Assembly (NCBI RefSeq): GCF_001194135.2
Contig: NC_068982.1
Coordinates: 11,031,528 to 11,094,616 of the forward strand
Source: Octopus bimaculoides
Taxonomy: Eukaryota
Length of the DNA stretch: 63,089 nt
Direction of reading: 5' to 3'
In this document: piece after piece, positions 37,323 through 50,468 of the stretch
Position numbering within the stretch: the stretch's first letter is position 1
Layout: each line of letters starts with the position of its first letter
Translations under genes and position numbers: made by a program
The notes under the pieces: generated by a model
Databases searched by the model: none
Told to the model about the DNA's origin: nothing
What the model saw: the letters and a program-made list of their open reading frames with translations, nothing else

Positions 37323-39399
37323 ATGTAAAAAGTGACGGGGGTAGATCTGAAGGATCGTCGATGTCTTTGAACTGACAAGAGAAAACCAGAAGTAGTTTAG
37401 TGAAGTGTGAAGATTTGGGGGTTTTATGATTTGTTTACTTGGCTCTTTTTTGAAGATGGCGCGTGTCTTCTGTTTTGATTAATTCCTTATTTTAAAAACA
37501 AGTGGGAGAACGCCTGAAGTTGGATTTGATTTTCTTTTTTTTTTGTTTTGTTTAATTTTTATTTCTATGCTCAAAATTTTTGCATCGTAGCATACGTACA
37601 CATACATACATACTCGAAGCGACAAGTCGTGTATTTGGCGTGGGAGACTATTTATCGAAAATACGATGAATACTATCTCCAACTTCGGAGCCACAACTAT
37701 CAGCCTTGTTAAATAACTGGTTAATCTTCAGATAAATTAACTGAGAGAGCCTTTTATTCAAGACAGTAGTGATTTTCGACTGAAACTTGAATTTAGCATG
37801 CAGAGAGTTACTACAAACAACATGGCTGGACATAATGATTTAAGATAATAGCCTGCTAATAGTTTCTTGCCATTAAATAGCTCTTATTTTAATACAGTGT
37901 ACATTAAATAATATTTATCTCTCTCTAGATGGAGTAATTTTTTTGCTGATCTTAAGTAATTTTTGTCATCAGCATGTAAAGCTACATCATTGTACAGACT
38001 TTGAAGAGATTCTGACGGTTATTTCAGAAAATTCCGATGTTTGGAAAGAACTTCAAAAGTTCTTTGTATGTATGTAAATATGTGTGTCTGTGTGTATGTG
38101 TGCGTGTGTGTGCGTGCGTGCGTGCGTGCGTGTGTGCCATAGTTTCGCTAATTGTTTTAAGTGTCTATGTAGCCGCGATCAAACATACAAACCGTCTCAG
38201 CTTCCTTTACTTTAAGTGAACAAAACTCTTAGGATCTGACGGTTGGGGGGTAAGAGAGCATGCACCAGCACACAATTGGTGCTCAATATCGGCTGAGCAG
38301 ATACGAGTAATATAGAGGAAAAAATACCTTGCTCAAGGACACAACGAGCTACTCGGTCCAGGAAGTGAACCCTCGATACGTGAGACCAACACCCTAAAAC
38401 ATTACGCCAAGCGACTTCATAAATAAGGGCACGTGTGTACACACGCATACATAAACTCACTCATATATACTTATACATATATATATATATGTTTGCATCT
38501 ATGTATGTGAAGGCACATGGCTCAGTGGTTAGAGAGTCGAACTTACGACCGTGAGGTTGTGAGTTCGAATCCCGGACCGGGCTGCGTGTTATGTTCTTGA
38601 GTAAGACACTTTATTTTACGTTGCTCCAGTTTACTCAGCTGAAGAAATGAGTTGCTACGTCACAGGTACCACGCTGTATCGGCCCCTTTGCCTTTCCCTT
38701 GGATAACACTGGTGGCGTGGAGAGGGGAGGCTGGTATGCATGGGCGACTGCTGGTCTTCCATAAATAACCTTGCCTGGACTTGTGCCTCGGAGGGTAATT
38801 TTCTAGGTTCAATCCCAGAAGGGGGTCTCTGATATGTATGTATGTATGTATGCTTATGTGCATCTATATGTGGGAGCGTTATTATTGTTGCAGTTATGTG
38901 TCTCAGAATTTAATTATACGGTTACAATGTTGAACAAGATGAAAGACAAAAGTAAAGTGGATTGCTTGTATCGGTTTCATATTTTGGCACAAGGTCAACA
39001 ATTTGGGTACATCGATTATATAGACCCCAGTGCTCAGCTGGTACTTATTTTATCGACCCCCAAAAGGATGAAAGGTAAGGTCGACCACTGCGGAGCTGGA
39101 ACTCAGAATGTAAACATGGACGAAAATACTGCTAATTATTTTACCTGTTGTGCTAACGATTAAAAGGACAGACGACAGTCATGACGATGCAAATGATACG
39201 AACTGGCATCAACATACGTGATTTTGAGGCTTCTTTAGATAAATGCTATCACTGACACACCTATTCGTGAACTCTAGAATCAGCTGCAGCTTTGACTCAG
39301 CGAATTTCCTAGCGTGGTGGCAGTGAAAATCAGTTTACATTTTTGTAAAAAGATAAATGGTTCGTTCGTTATAATAAAACTACTTTCATCAACATGAAA

Positions 39400-39670
39400 A
39401 AAAATTGTCGCATCAACAGGCCCTGCCCTATTTAACATCGTCCCAAAACAGATCAAAGAGGAAAAGGATCCCAACACCTTTAAAAGGAATCTGGAGAAAT
39501 TTCTTCAAGGAATACCAGATAAGCCACCTATACCTGAATACAACTCACTAAACAAGAACTCCCTACTCGAGTGGACCATTATACCACAAAACTTGACTTA
39601 AAAAGGATTTAGATAATCCTATCAGGTGTTGCTTTTAAGTTAGACATGGCCTGGACCAATCTTTGGTTAC
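39400..39670 (+). pseudogene. LINE ORF2 extreme C-terminus and 3' UTR (CR1/L2-like)
   Basis: STGPALFNIVPKQIKEEKDPNTFKRNLEKFLQGIPDKPPIPEYNSLNKNSLLEW...*. Confidence 0.8.
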
Positions 39671-41787
39671 GGATTCAAACCATTGGTTTCTTTATTGAAC
39701 ATTTCCATACCGTTACCGCTACGAGATTGAAGGTTACAAACGAAATGAGCTGACCTAGATATTAATCTATTCTACGAACTATAAATCGCGTTAGTCTACG
39801 CCACTTCATCAAGGACTGAACTGCAGATGGTTAAGATGGCTGTAGAATAAACTTTTATACCACCGGGGAAGTTCCACCACCAGCAGACGAGGTGCATACC
39901 AACTTGGTATGCACCTCGACCTCCTAGTGACCAACAGCTAACTGCTCGATTCGAAGTTTTCTTTTCGCTTTCTCTTGATAAACTGAACCAACTACAACTT
40001 GCTAAAATATGAGATGTGCACAGCATACAGCTACATGTCTGTTCTGTTGGTGGTGTCTTTCTGCAGCCTTCGTAACTGCTTCAGATGCAAAACAGTATTC
40101 GAAGTCATTAAAACCATAAGCCTTTTCGAAGTTTAGACATTCATAATTACGCATCCTTTCTTCGACCATTTCAAAAACCAAATCTCTACTCTGAACGAAT
40201 CTTCATTCATTTAGTCTCATTACGATACGTTTTAACATATTCGTCGATACTATATCAGTTCTTTCTCCACGATTAATTATTATCAGAAACAGAACGCTTT
40301 AACAGAAAGATGGGAGAGAGAGAGAGAGCTTTAATTTTACTGTGACCGTTCAGCATATGAGCAGCGAAAACAGAAACCGGATACCATTAACAGTTCCTGT
40401 CTTTATTGCCTCTTGAGAGTATACCACTGATATCCTAATTGTGCAATACCTCGACTAGAAAACTGATCAAAATTGAAAGAGGTATTCAAGACACACCAGT
40501 AGAAAGAGCTGAAACTATTATAAAGAACGTCAAGAACATGCTTCTGGGTTACCATCAGATTTGTTAACTGTAATAACACATTTGGTTACTGTCGTCATCA
40601 TAATGATAGAAAGAATACGCTCTCAGATTTCACGAGACTGTTAAGAGACCATTACTGGATACTGATTTCCCAGTACAAACCTTGAATAACTCTAAACATT
40701 ATTCAGATAGAACAATAACGATTCAAGGTGAAAACAATGTTTACCACTACCTTCATATCCCAATCGCTTCAACTAAGAAATAGAGTAGCAAATGTAAATT
40801 TGGTAACATTAGTTACAGAAATATGTTTTCTCTCATACTGAAACGTGATGGCTCTCAATATTTCTTGGAACTGCAAATTTTTTAGATTTTTACAGCCTTA
40901 AAAATCATTCTTTCCGTAATTAACACGTCCTTCTGAGGAGATGGAGCAGAGTTTTGCAAATGAATTGAGCGAAACCTATTTGCAGCAAATGGATTTTCTG
41001 TGTGTTTCCTTCATTCATTGAAGAATTCGGAAGAGGAAGCAAATAGAAAAGTGTTGACAATATGATCTCTTTTCACGCTGTTCTGATGAATGAAAAGCCA
41101 ATCGCTTCGTGCGTATTAAAGAGTATAGTGTTTAGGACCAAAACATTCCAATGTACAGGAATATATGACGCAAATTCTATATTTGAGTAAAATTAAGTAC
41201 ATTGCATTTGCATTATTTGCAAATATTGATAAAATGCTAAAAAGGTTGTTCTTAGTTTCATTTGACAAATGAGTGACAGGCAAATTAAACATATGCAACA
41301 ATATAGATGAACTATTTCACTGGAAAACCACTTAAGGTCAAACGTTTTTATAGATTTCTTAAGTTAAGAAAGCTTAAGAAAATTAGAGATGGAGTTCGTT
41401 GGTTTCCTACGCCATCAGAAATAAACCAAATTATTTGGAATAAATCTAAAACCTTCGAATGTCATTCGGATATTAACACTTCTGATATGCAAGAATTTAT
41501 TATAATATAAACGAAAAAGGGGGAAGTTTCATAAATATAAGGAAATAACTTAATTTCAGAATCTATCATTTTACTTGTGCAACACAACTTCAAAGAAAAA
41601 CCCTGCGAGGACTTTCACTACTTTTTGGGGAATTATCAGCGACTATTATTAATAATTCGATCTTCAGAGAAATATAGATAAGTGCATTAATACGCAAAGT
41701 AGTAAGACTGAGAAAAAATTTCGGTAATCATATTAGTTTAATTTAATCTTATCATTTACATGTATATAACTTTGTCAGTACATGCCC

Positions 41788-41830
<43 letters not shown>

Positions 41831-42000
41831 GCTAACAGCCAAGAAATTTACTCCACCCAAGATTCTACCCAGCTGCTACTAACATGAAAACTACATATTA
41901 TATTCTTCTCTGGCACAAATATTTCAGGTTCAATATCCAACTTGCCTCTACAACCAATGTTACATTCTACACCTCACCTTTGTCTCAAAAGCGAATTTTA

Positions 42001-42032
42001 CGCTTACATCTCGGCCTTTTGGCTAAGATCAA
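42001..42032 (+). pseudogene. U2 snRNA 5'-fragment pseudogene
   Basis: TCTCGGCCTTTTGGCTAAGATCAA (42009-42032) is identical to the conserved U2 5' end, preceded by CGCTT; flanked by AAAGCGAA(A)TTTTA direct repeats. Confidence 0.85.
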
Positions 42033-42486
42033 AGCGAAATTTTAGCATCGACTAGTAGTTAATTTGGCAACTCGCGCTTACCTAATTTTGCAAATTCATC
42101 CGTTATCTCGACTGTTCCTTCAAATGCCTGCAGTCATAATGAGCTATTTGATTTCCTTTCTTGGAATCAGCATCATTTTTGGTGCTTTCAATGCACACAG
42201 CTCTCCATGAGTCTCTCTCATCGTTCTACAATTGTCTGCATTAGATAATACCCACACCTATCTCGTATAGAAATACTGGAAATTAATGTCTTCTCGTTTT
42301 CAAAACTAACCTAACAACACCTTTGCATCTATTACGTCATGCAATTAACTCCCATTCACCAACAATACAACATTCTTGCTCACCAAACACCTTGGGTCTT
42401 CCAGTAAGCAACCTGTTAATCAGCTCTATGCCGATATTGTTGAAAGTTACGTGTTTTACTCCCAGGTAATTTCATGCAGCTAAGAA

Positions 42487-42792
42487 GACAGCGAGCTGGT
42501 AGAAACGTTAGCACGCCGGACGAAATGCTTGGCGGTATTTCGTCTGTCTTTACGTTCTGAGTTCAAATTCCGCCGAGGTCGACTTTGCCTACCTACCTTA
42601 TTCTTTTATTGCCCACAATAAGGGATTAAGTCGCTTACATCGACCGCAGTGCATAATTGGTACTTAATTTATCGACCCCGAAAGAATGAAAGGCAAAGTG
42701 GACCTCGGCGGAATTTGAACTCAGAACGTAACGGCAGACGAAAACCGCTAAGCATTTCGCCCGGCATGCTAATTTTCTACCAGCTCGCCGCC
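42487..42792. mobile_element. Tail-to-tail inverted pair of family A SINEs
   Basis: Plus copy 42487-42590 (3' truncated) and minus copy 42595-42792. Confidence 0.9.
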
Positions 42793-43516
42793 TTAGAGTC
42801 AGAAAATATTATATAGCTAATCAGTTGATGTTCCTTTATAAGATTCAACAGTTACATTGGAGTACTGTTTACATTAATTAAAAGACGTTAATCTTATACG
42901 CAAATACATCCTAGATACTATCCAAAAGAAGTCCATTTGACTGGTTGACAATAATTAAGTCACCAACCCACGGCAACGGCTAACTCAAAGACGCGCAATT
43001 GACTCTCTTGGCCCCTTATATAACTATTGTAAGCTACACACTCTTTCCATTCAAGCCATTCCGTCACACCAGTCTCTTCGCTCTATTTTTCTTACTTCGT
43101 AGACCTCGCTCTAAACTTTTTCTAATCCTTGTTCTTCATGAATGCAACCTTCGAGAACGCACCCATGACCTAAACTTTCCTTACAAATTTTAACCTTCTA
43201 ATATTCAAACTGAAACATCAATCGCAATGGTCTCATGATATCCGGAAACTGTCTTGAATGCTCATCATCTTCATCTCTGTAACTTATGTAACCTCTTTGC
43301 ACTAATGCACGAATAAATAACAAAGTCATGCGCCGTTCTTAATACACAAGAAGAGTGTGTAATAAACAAATAAGAACTGATTCAGTGCAACTGACAGCTT
43401 TCGACTTAAATTCAATTTTCCAATTTCCTATGGAATGACATCTAAGGAAACATCCAAGGAAAGCGAAGGATTGGAAACTTAAGTTCAATAAACTCAGGTC
43501 CACTGTGCCAGCTTAA

Positions 43517-43580
<64 letters not shown>

Positions 43581-43911
43581 ATGTGTGTGTTCTGAACGGA
43601 AGGATATGAAGACACCTGCACCCAATAATCCAAGTGATTTGAATACCTGTTCTTGCAGCTAAATTACTTAGGATTAATCGAACAACTTGAGAAACGCAAT
43701 GGAACTCTAACAATGTATTTGGACTCAACGTCTTTGATCTGGTGGCTCAACCTTTCATACACCCCGACATGTTGCTTCTATATTGTATTTATATCGCTGG
43801 AAAGGATTAGTAGTTGTTTAGCAAGGGTCAGCCCTGAATGAGAATCCTAAGGGTCGAAGACTTTCCAGCTGTAACTGTACATTCTTGCTCTCAGGAATAG
43901 AGTATTTAGGA

Positions 43912-44235
43912 CAGTGGTTCTCCCGTATGAGCCCGCTAAAGCTTATATAAGATTTTGGGTAGGGGTCCTGGTAAACAAAATTGTAAATTGGGGTCCACAG
44001 TAGCGTATTAATATTCGATGAAAAATTTTTACTTTGGATGTATTTATAGTAAGAAACAAGATTTCTTTCTCGAATGTTTTACATAGTTCAATCTACACAA
44101 GTGAATGCGTGTAAAACAAAATGGATATTTTGAAAGAAATATCAATCAAACTAGTTTTTAAACATTAAATAGTTACAGAGGTCCACCAAAAATAATCAAA
44201 GGGGTCCAGAGATGAGAAATATTTAAGAACCACTG
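43912..44235. mobile_element. hAT/Charlie-type MITE nested in an older repeat
   Basis: TIRs CAGTGGTTCT / AGAACCACTG; 8-bp TSD ATTTAGGA vs ATCTAGGA with central TA. Confidence 0.9.
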
Positions 44236-44818
44236 ATCTAGGACTACGTGACATAATATACTCTTACTTTTTAAAATCGATAGAATGTGATATGAGGGAG
44301 ATGTGGCTGTTATTTCAATAAAGTCGGATGACTACGTGGAGACTCCCTCACTGGATCGTATTTGAATTGATCAATATAAGAATAATTTTTAGTTGATCTA
44401 TACACATTTTATTTAATGTTTTAAATATCCTAGTCACTGCAATTAAACTGCTTCTTACATGCTACATTCTAAAAGGCACCCTGATAATAGTTTTTAGCAT
44501 CGACACAAGGCCAACATATGGTCAAGGGATTAATCATGTCGTTTCTAGAAACTAGCAGATATTCAGTTAATCGATCCCGGGAAAAGGTAAAGAAATCTGG
44601 GCGCTCTACAGCGACGTTGTAAATATTAATACAGAGACACAAGGCCATAATGTTGAGGGAAAAGGTACAAATAATTACATCACTCAGTACTAGACAAGTA
44701 TTTATTGTTACCGGCGACCCCGGAAGAATGAACGGTAAAGTCGATCTTGGTAGGATTCGAACTCGGAACATTAAGGAACGTGACTTTCTGCCAGCTCGCC
44801 GCCTTTAACCCATTTTAA

Positions 44819-44948
44819 CCCACTGTCCTCGTTTGAGGACAGTTGTATTTGGTTTATTTACTGCAATAAAGGTTAACTGGACGCTTCCGTATGTTTGTTA
44901 TCCCTATTTATATAACTATCTTCAAAATTTCGACAGAGTTAACCTGGG
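44819..44948. mobile_element. Possible piggyBac-type MITE remnant
   Basis: TTAA|CCCA ... TGGG|TTAA ends, internal hairpin ACTGTCCTC-GTTT-GAGGACAGT; TIR match only 4 bp. Confidence 0.3.
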
Positions 44949-46335
44949 TTAAATAATCCTTTCTACTCTAGACACGTGGCCTGAATTTTTACGAAAGAGG
45001 TCTAGTTGATTACATCAACCTCAGTGCGTAACCGGTACTTATTTTATCGACGACGAGAGCATGAAAGGCAAAGTCGGCCTCGGCGGCTCAGAACAATTGA
45101 ACTCAGAACANNNNNNNNNNAATAATGAATAGTATTGTAGAGTTCAGAGTAAAAAAAAAAAATCATTTGCTTCTTCAATTATCATTGCTTATAAAACATT
45201 CAGTGGCCATTGTTTGTTTATCCTGCCAGTCTGTAAACAGATACATATTATTATTGGTTTTGCAGGCGTTTTTGAACTTCTAGCACATTTGAGAATCTCT
45301 CATCTTACATTTCCATTCTGAAGTTTCATTATAGTTTGCTCAAAAAACAATATAAATGAATAGTAAAAATGTAGTTACAAAAAGTGAAAAATTTCAGATT
45401 TTATCACACTGAAGTGTCATAAATTTGATGGAGATATTTTCTTATTCACAGATATAGTTTGAAGTTTAATTATTTTTCCGCTACAAAAGTGATCAAATAT
45501 TTTAGGCAATATTACAAAATAAATTACTTTTATAAACGAATTATGAGCTTGCTATCAACTTTATTTTGGTATAAGATACGTGACCTTTATATAAAGATTA
45601 CATGCGAGAGCTTTCCTTCATATAGTCACCATACGTCGTTGATAGCTTTGTTCAATAAGGTGATATCTGATATTAAATTATCGATTAAGTAACTGCTAAT
45701 ATTTAAATGTTAAGTGAATTTTAGGTAGTGTGGACACCCATTCGAAACTGAAAACTTTGAAAATCGGTTTGTATGCATGTTTTTTCTTTTCAGTCTCGAA
45801 CTGGTGCTTTGAATATTTAATGCCATCTTACATTGAATTATATAATTTATGTCATAAATATTACACATGCCGTGTGAGCGTCAATTTAAAATGCATATCT
45901 TTGAATTAAAATGTATAATTTTGATATAAAATGTACAGCTGTAGAATAGAATATATAACTTTCATAAAAATGTATAATAGTTATCTATGCAACTATCATG
46001 GTAAAGGATTCGGTTATATAACTGGAAACGAATCGTCAATTTTCTATATGTCTTGTTTGCAATTATGATCTATATATTATATATATATATTTCTCTCTCT
46101 CCCTCTCTCTCTCACTCACACTCTCTTTTCCCCTCTGAAGGCAGCTAATGAAGGAGCTCAACCTACTAAAAATTGCAATCAAATCTTTTTCAAATTGTCC
46201 CTGCTGTCTTCAAAATGAGAGGACATTAGATACTGTAGTTCAACATACACGCTAAAGACAGCATGTTTACCACAGGAATGTTCTTAATCATTTGTTTACT
46301 TGATTGGGGCCGAACTAGGCCTCAACAACTCTCTC

Positions 46336-46378
<43 letters not shown>

Positions 46379-47224
46379 TTCTCTCCTCCTTATTCCTCTC
46401 TCACGCTCTCTCTTTCTCTCTCTCTCTCCCTCTCTCCCTCTCTCTCTCCCTCTCTCTCTCTCTCTGCGTGTTTCTTTCTATCTATCTCATATCTATGAGG
46501 TTTCTACCGAAAGTATTGCAAAAGTAAGCATAACTAAAATCATTCACACACACACACNNNNNNNNNNNNNNNNNNNNNNNNNNNNNNNNNNNNNNNNNNN
46601 NNNNNNNNNNNNNNNNNNNNNNNNNNNNNNNNNNNNNNNNNNNNNNNNNNNNNNNNNNNNNNNNNNNNNNNNNNNNNNNNNNNNNNNNNNNNNNNNNNNN
46701 NNNNNNNNNNNNNNNNNNNNNNNNNNNNNNNNNNNNNNNNNNNNNNNNNNNNNNNNNNNNNNNNNNNNNNNNNNNNNNNNNNNNNNNNNNNNNNNNNNNN
46801 NNNNNNNNNNNNNNNNNNNNNNNNNNNNNNNNNNNNNNNNNNNNNNNNNNNNNNNNNNNNNNNNNNNNNNNNNNNNNNNNNNNNNNNNNNNNNNNNNNNN
46901 NNNNNNNNNNNNNNNNNNNNNNNNNNNNNNNNNNNNNNNNNNNNNNNNNNNNNNNNNNNNNNNNNNNNNNNNNNNNNNNNNNNNNNNNNNNNNNNNNNNN
47001 NNNNNNNNNNNNNNNNNNNNNNNNNNNNNNNNNNNNNNNNNNNNNNNNNNNNNNNNNNNNNNNNNNNNNNNNNNNNNNNNNNNNNNNNNNNNNNNNNNNN
47101 NNNNNNNNNNNNNNNNNNNNNNNNNNNNNNNNNNNNNNNNNNNNNNNNNNNNNNNNNNNNNNNNNNNNNNNNNNNNNNNNNNNNNNNNNNNNNNNNNNNN
47201 NNNNNNNNNNNNNNNNNNNNNNNN

Positions 47225-47256
<32 letters not shown>

Positions 47257-47283
47257 TATATGTATGTTTGTAAGTATGTATGT

Positions 47284-48602
47284 ACTAGCTGGTGTGCCCG
47301 GTAATTCCCGGGGGTAAAGATGTATTGAAACGCCTTCTTACTTTGATATAAGAAAGTAATTTCGTTATAACTGCCACAAAATGTGTATATTCCGTCGCGA
47401 AAAAGTACAAAAAACTGTCAGCTGGAGGAGGGAGAGATTGTATGTATATAAATATATGAATCAAGTGCTTGAAGAAATTGCAATAATAACGATCACACTC
47501 ACTGATGGTCACTCTCAGTAACTGCCTTTAGCTTACGGAATTCTTGTTTTTATAGCTATCGAAAAGCTGCGAGAAGGATAGACATATTGTTGAGAACAAA
47601 TGATTTCGTTGGACGTCTGTTATCTCCATTCCAGCCCCTGGTGGCCTAGAAGAGGTTAGAAGGGTCAAGTGGCAAAGACATTATTCTGCTTAGCGAAGGC
47701 ATCTGGGAAATGTATAACTGCTCTCATTCACAGAAAACCTATTGTGAGAAAAGCGCTGTTGAAGTTTTAAGTGAAATTTGGCAATCGAAGATCGAATCGA
47801 CGCTATGCCTGCATGAAGCCACTACAAATACGTTGTGGAATAAAAAATTTATTTACTGTCATGGAAAAATTGTATCTGTAAAAATGCAGAATTATCGGAG
47901 TAATTGGCATTCAAAAAAGTATGTATGTATAGAAATGTATGAATTAAGTTTTTAAGGTTTAAGATTCAAATTAAGGAAGTGCAATAATAGTGTTTAGCAG
48001 TTCAAAACTGTGAGTAGTGAAATGCAGAATTAGGTCGGCTGATCGTGAGAATCAAATATTGATGGCTTCTTTAAAAACTGCAGGTGGTATGGGTCATTTC
48101 CCTTGGGTTGTTTAAATAAAATATTAGTAATATGTAGTAGATATAAGGATCCATTGGCGGGGCCGTATTATCGATTTTCTTTCAACAATCTAAGTATGCT
48201 ACGAGGTTTCCAGACATGAGTTCTACTCACATGTCAAATAAAGTATAAAAGTGATATCGACTGCAAAAATTAGAAATTGGACACACAAAAAAATCAATAT
48301 TCGAAGTAATCGATTATAAGTAATGAAATAGGTTATTTCCCTTGAGTTTAAAAAACAATATTGTGCAGGTGGTATGGGTTATTTCCCTTGGGTGTTTTAA
48401 AAAAATAGTTGTATGAGGTAGATATTAAGGTCCCTTCCAGGGGCCGTATTATCGATTTTTTCAACAATCTAAGTATGTCACGAGGTTTCCAGACATGAGT
48501 TCTACTCACATGTCAAATTTCATTAAGATCAGTAAAACGATGTAGGAAGTTAGCTAACAACGCCACAAACAAACACACCGATTTTCCATATATGTAGTAG
48601 AT
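47284..48602 (+). mobile_element. Lep1/HINE-like non-autonomous Helitron with internal ~160-bp direct duplication
   Basis: Start ACTAGCTGGTGTGCCCGGTAATTCCCGGG; end AAATTTCATTAAGATC...(ACAA)n...TATATGTAGTAGAT; duplicated units 48079-48238 and 48364-48517. Confidence 0.6.
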
Positions 48603-49473
48603 TATGCAAATAGGTAGATAGGTAGGTAGGTAGGTAGGTAGGTAGGTAGGTAGACTATTTCAGCACATTACATCGTTCTCGCTAATGCTAATAGATATTT
48701 CTAGCATTGTAAAAAAATTAAGCTAACAAATCTGTGACGAGAATCTAAATCATTTGATAGATCCCTGTACTTGATCGGTGCCTATGTTACCGATTCTAGA
48801 AGAATTAGAAACTAAGCCAACATTGGGATTTGAACATTAAAAATTTCGAAAATATTAAAAGATATTTTCTTTCGACACTGAGCTGTTTCTGAAATGCTCT
48901 CAAAATGCGGCTGTTTTGTTACAATTATCGGCCCAGACATCGAGATAATAAATGATGACAAAAATTTTTACAAATACAAACTAAAACTAGTGATTTAGAT
49001 GAAATGTTACCAATAGCAAAACAGATTCCTAATTTGATTTCTTGTTTGATATTTACAAAATTCTGCATTCTGTTATGGTGCAGTACAGATGTGTCCACAA
49101 AATATTTAATACTTAAAGTAAATTAACCTGATACTGTTAATGAGAAAATTTATCGCTTAAGCCTTATCGACAAACATCGCTGACAGAAAACGTGAAGAGG
49201 CGTAATGCTCATTTATTATCAGTGAAGCTAAAACGGTATTCTCTTTACGCTGCCAAGAGCTGCTGTCCATAATCCTATGCATTACCAAATAATTAAAATT
49301 TCAGATTGAAAAAGATTATCTTTGCAGTTAACATTATATTATGAATACCAAATATAGAATTAACATTTTGATATCTCCCATTTCTCCCCTATTTCATTTT
49401 TAATTTATTAACTGTCACTATTATTATTTTCTCATATGTTCATTCATCGTTGTTATAGTCGTCTTTCTCTTAC

Positions 49474-49540
49474 TTTCTCAAGCACTTTATCTCCATCTTC
49501 TGTAAGAATGCTTCTCAAAAATGTTCTTTCTCCTTTGTGA
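49474..49540 (-). CDS. Candidate internal exon (xHKGERTFLRSILTEDGDKVLEK)
   Basis: Acceptor CTCCTTATCTAG, donor AAA|GTAAGA, open frame; no homology recognised. Confidence 0.25.
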
Positions 49541-50358
49541 CTAGATAAGGAGTTATTAAACAAAAGACTAAACTTATATTGGAAATAAAACTGCTCGTGT
49601 CTCTCTCATGAGCATTTAAACTGGAAATCGAAACTGATTTGAAACACTTGTATAGTCAGACCGTGCCCTTTGCTCTAATGCGCTTACTCCTTATGCCAAT
49701 ACAACCTGCAATAATAGTTGACTTACTATCCAGAATATACTAAGGCTGCTGGTGATCTTTAGACATGACTTCTGTAATATTTACTTTATGATAGATGTAT
49801 CTTTCCCTAAATATATTCGTTGCACGTAACATTTTCTAAAATCCAGTTATTATTCTTCACATGAGACTTAGATTTGAATAAGACACAATGAAAATCTGCT
49901 ACCATTTTCAAATCACGGCCCTTAAAATTATAGTAAAATATTTATCCTCTAAACCATTTCATTTCCATATATAGACAAAGACTATAGAAATTTAATACGA
50001 AACGGTTTTTTTCTCTTTTTAATTGTTTATCAAAATAAATATGAAAACAATTAACTTTCAAGTAAGTTTTGAGATTTTGTTATTAAACTTGCGTGAACTC
50101 TACACTCTATTGCTTTCTCTGAAACTTACGTTTTTTTCTTATGGTTTATTGAAATAAAAGCATGCCCGAACCGAAGATTCATGAGTGTATACTTTAATAA
50201 AGATGCTTGATAAATTAAAATATTCATGCACTGGGTTTTACTTAGAGCCAAATGTTACTACAATTTACCTTAATGTGTTTCAAACCATTTTTCCAATAAC
50301 CTGTCTTACCTTATTTTGAATTTGCTTTCCTTACGAATTGTGCTTCTTTGTTTTTTTT

Positions 50359-50468
50359 TCATTTTTCATCCTCCGACATTAGAGAGATGTTTCTCTGCTC
50401 TTCTTCCTCTGGGTAGTAATAATGTCTATTATGGGTTTCGTACGTGAAAGTCGAGAGAGGCATTTCAC
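50359..50468 (-). CDS. Candidate terminal exon (GEMPLSTFTYETHNRHYYYPEEEEQRNISLMSEDEK*)
   Basis: Acceptor TTATTTGTTAG, 36 open codons of protein-like composition; no homology recognised. Confidence 0.25.

Larger units (their letters stand above)
41850..43325 (+). pseudogene. Heavily decayed CR1/Zenon-like LINE (APE remnant to RT C-terminus), interrupted by a U2 fragment and a SINE pair
   Basis: IIFGAFNAHSSP* (~42175-42210, cf. GDFNAH); RRAIDSL..., SFF..TS, NL..FK...INR near 42990-43225; AATAAATAA tail. Confidence 0.45.
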
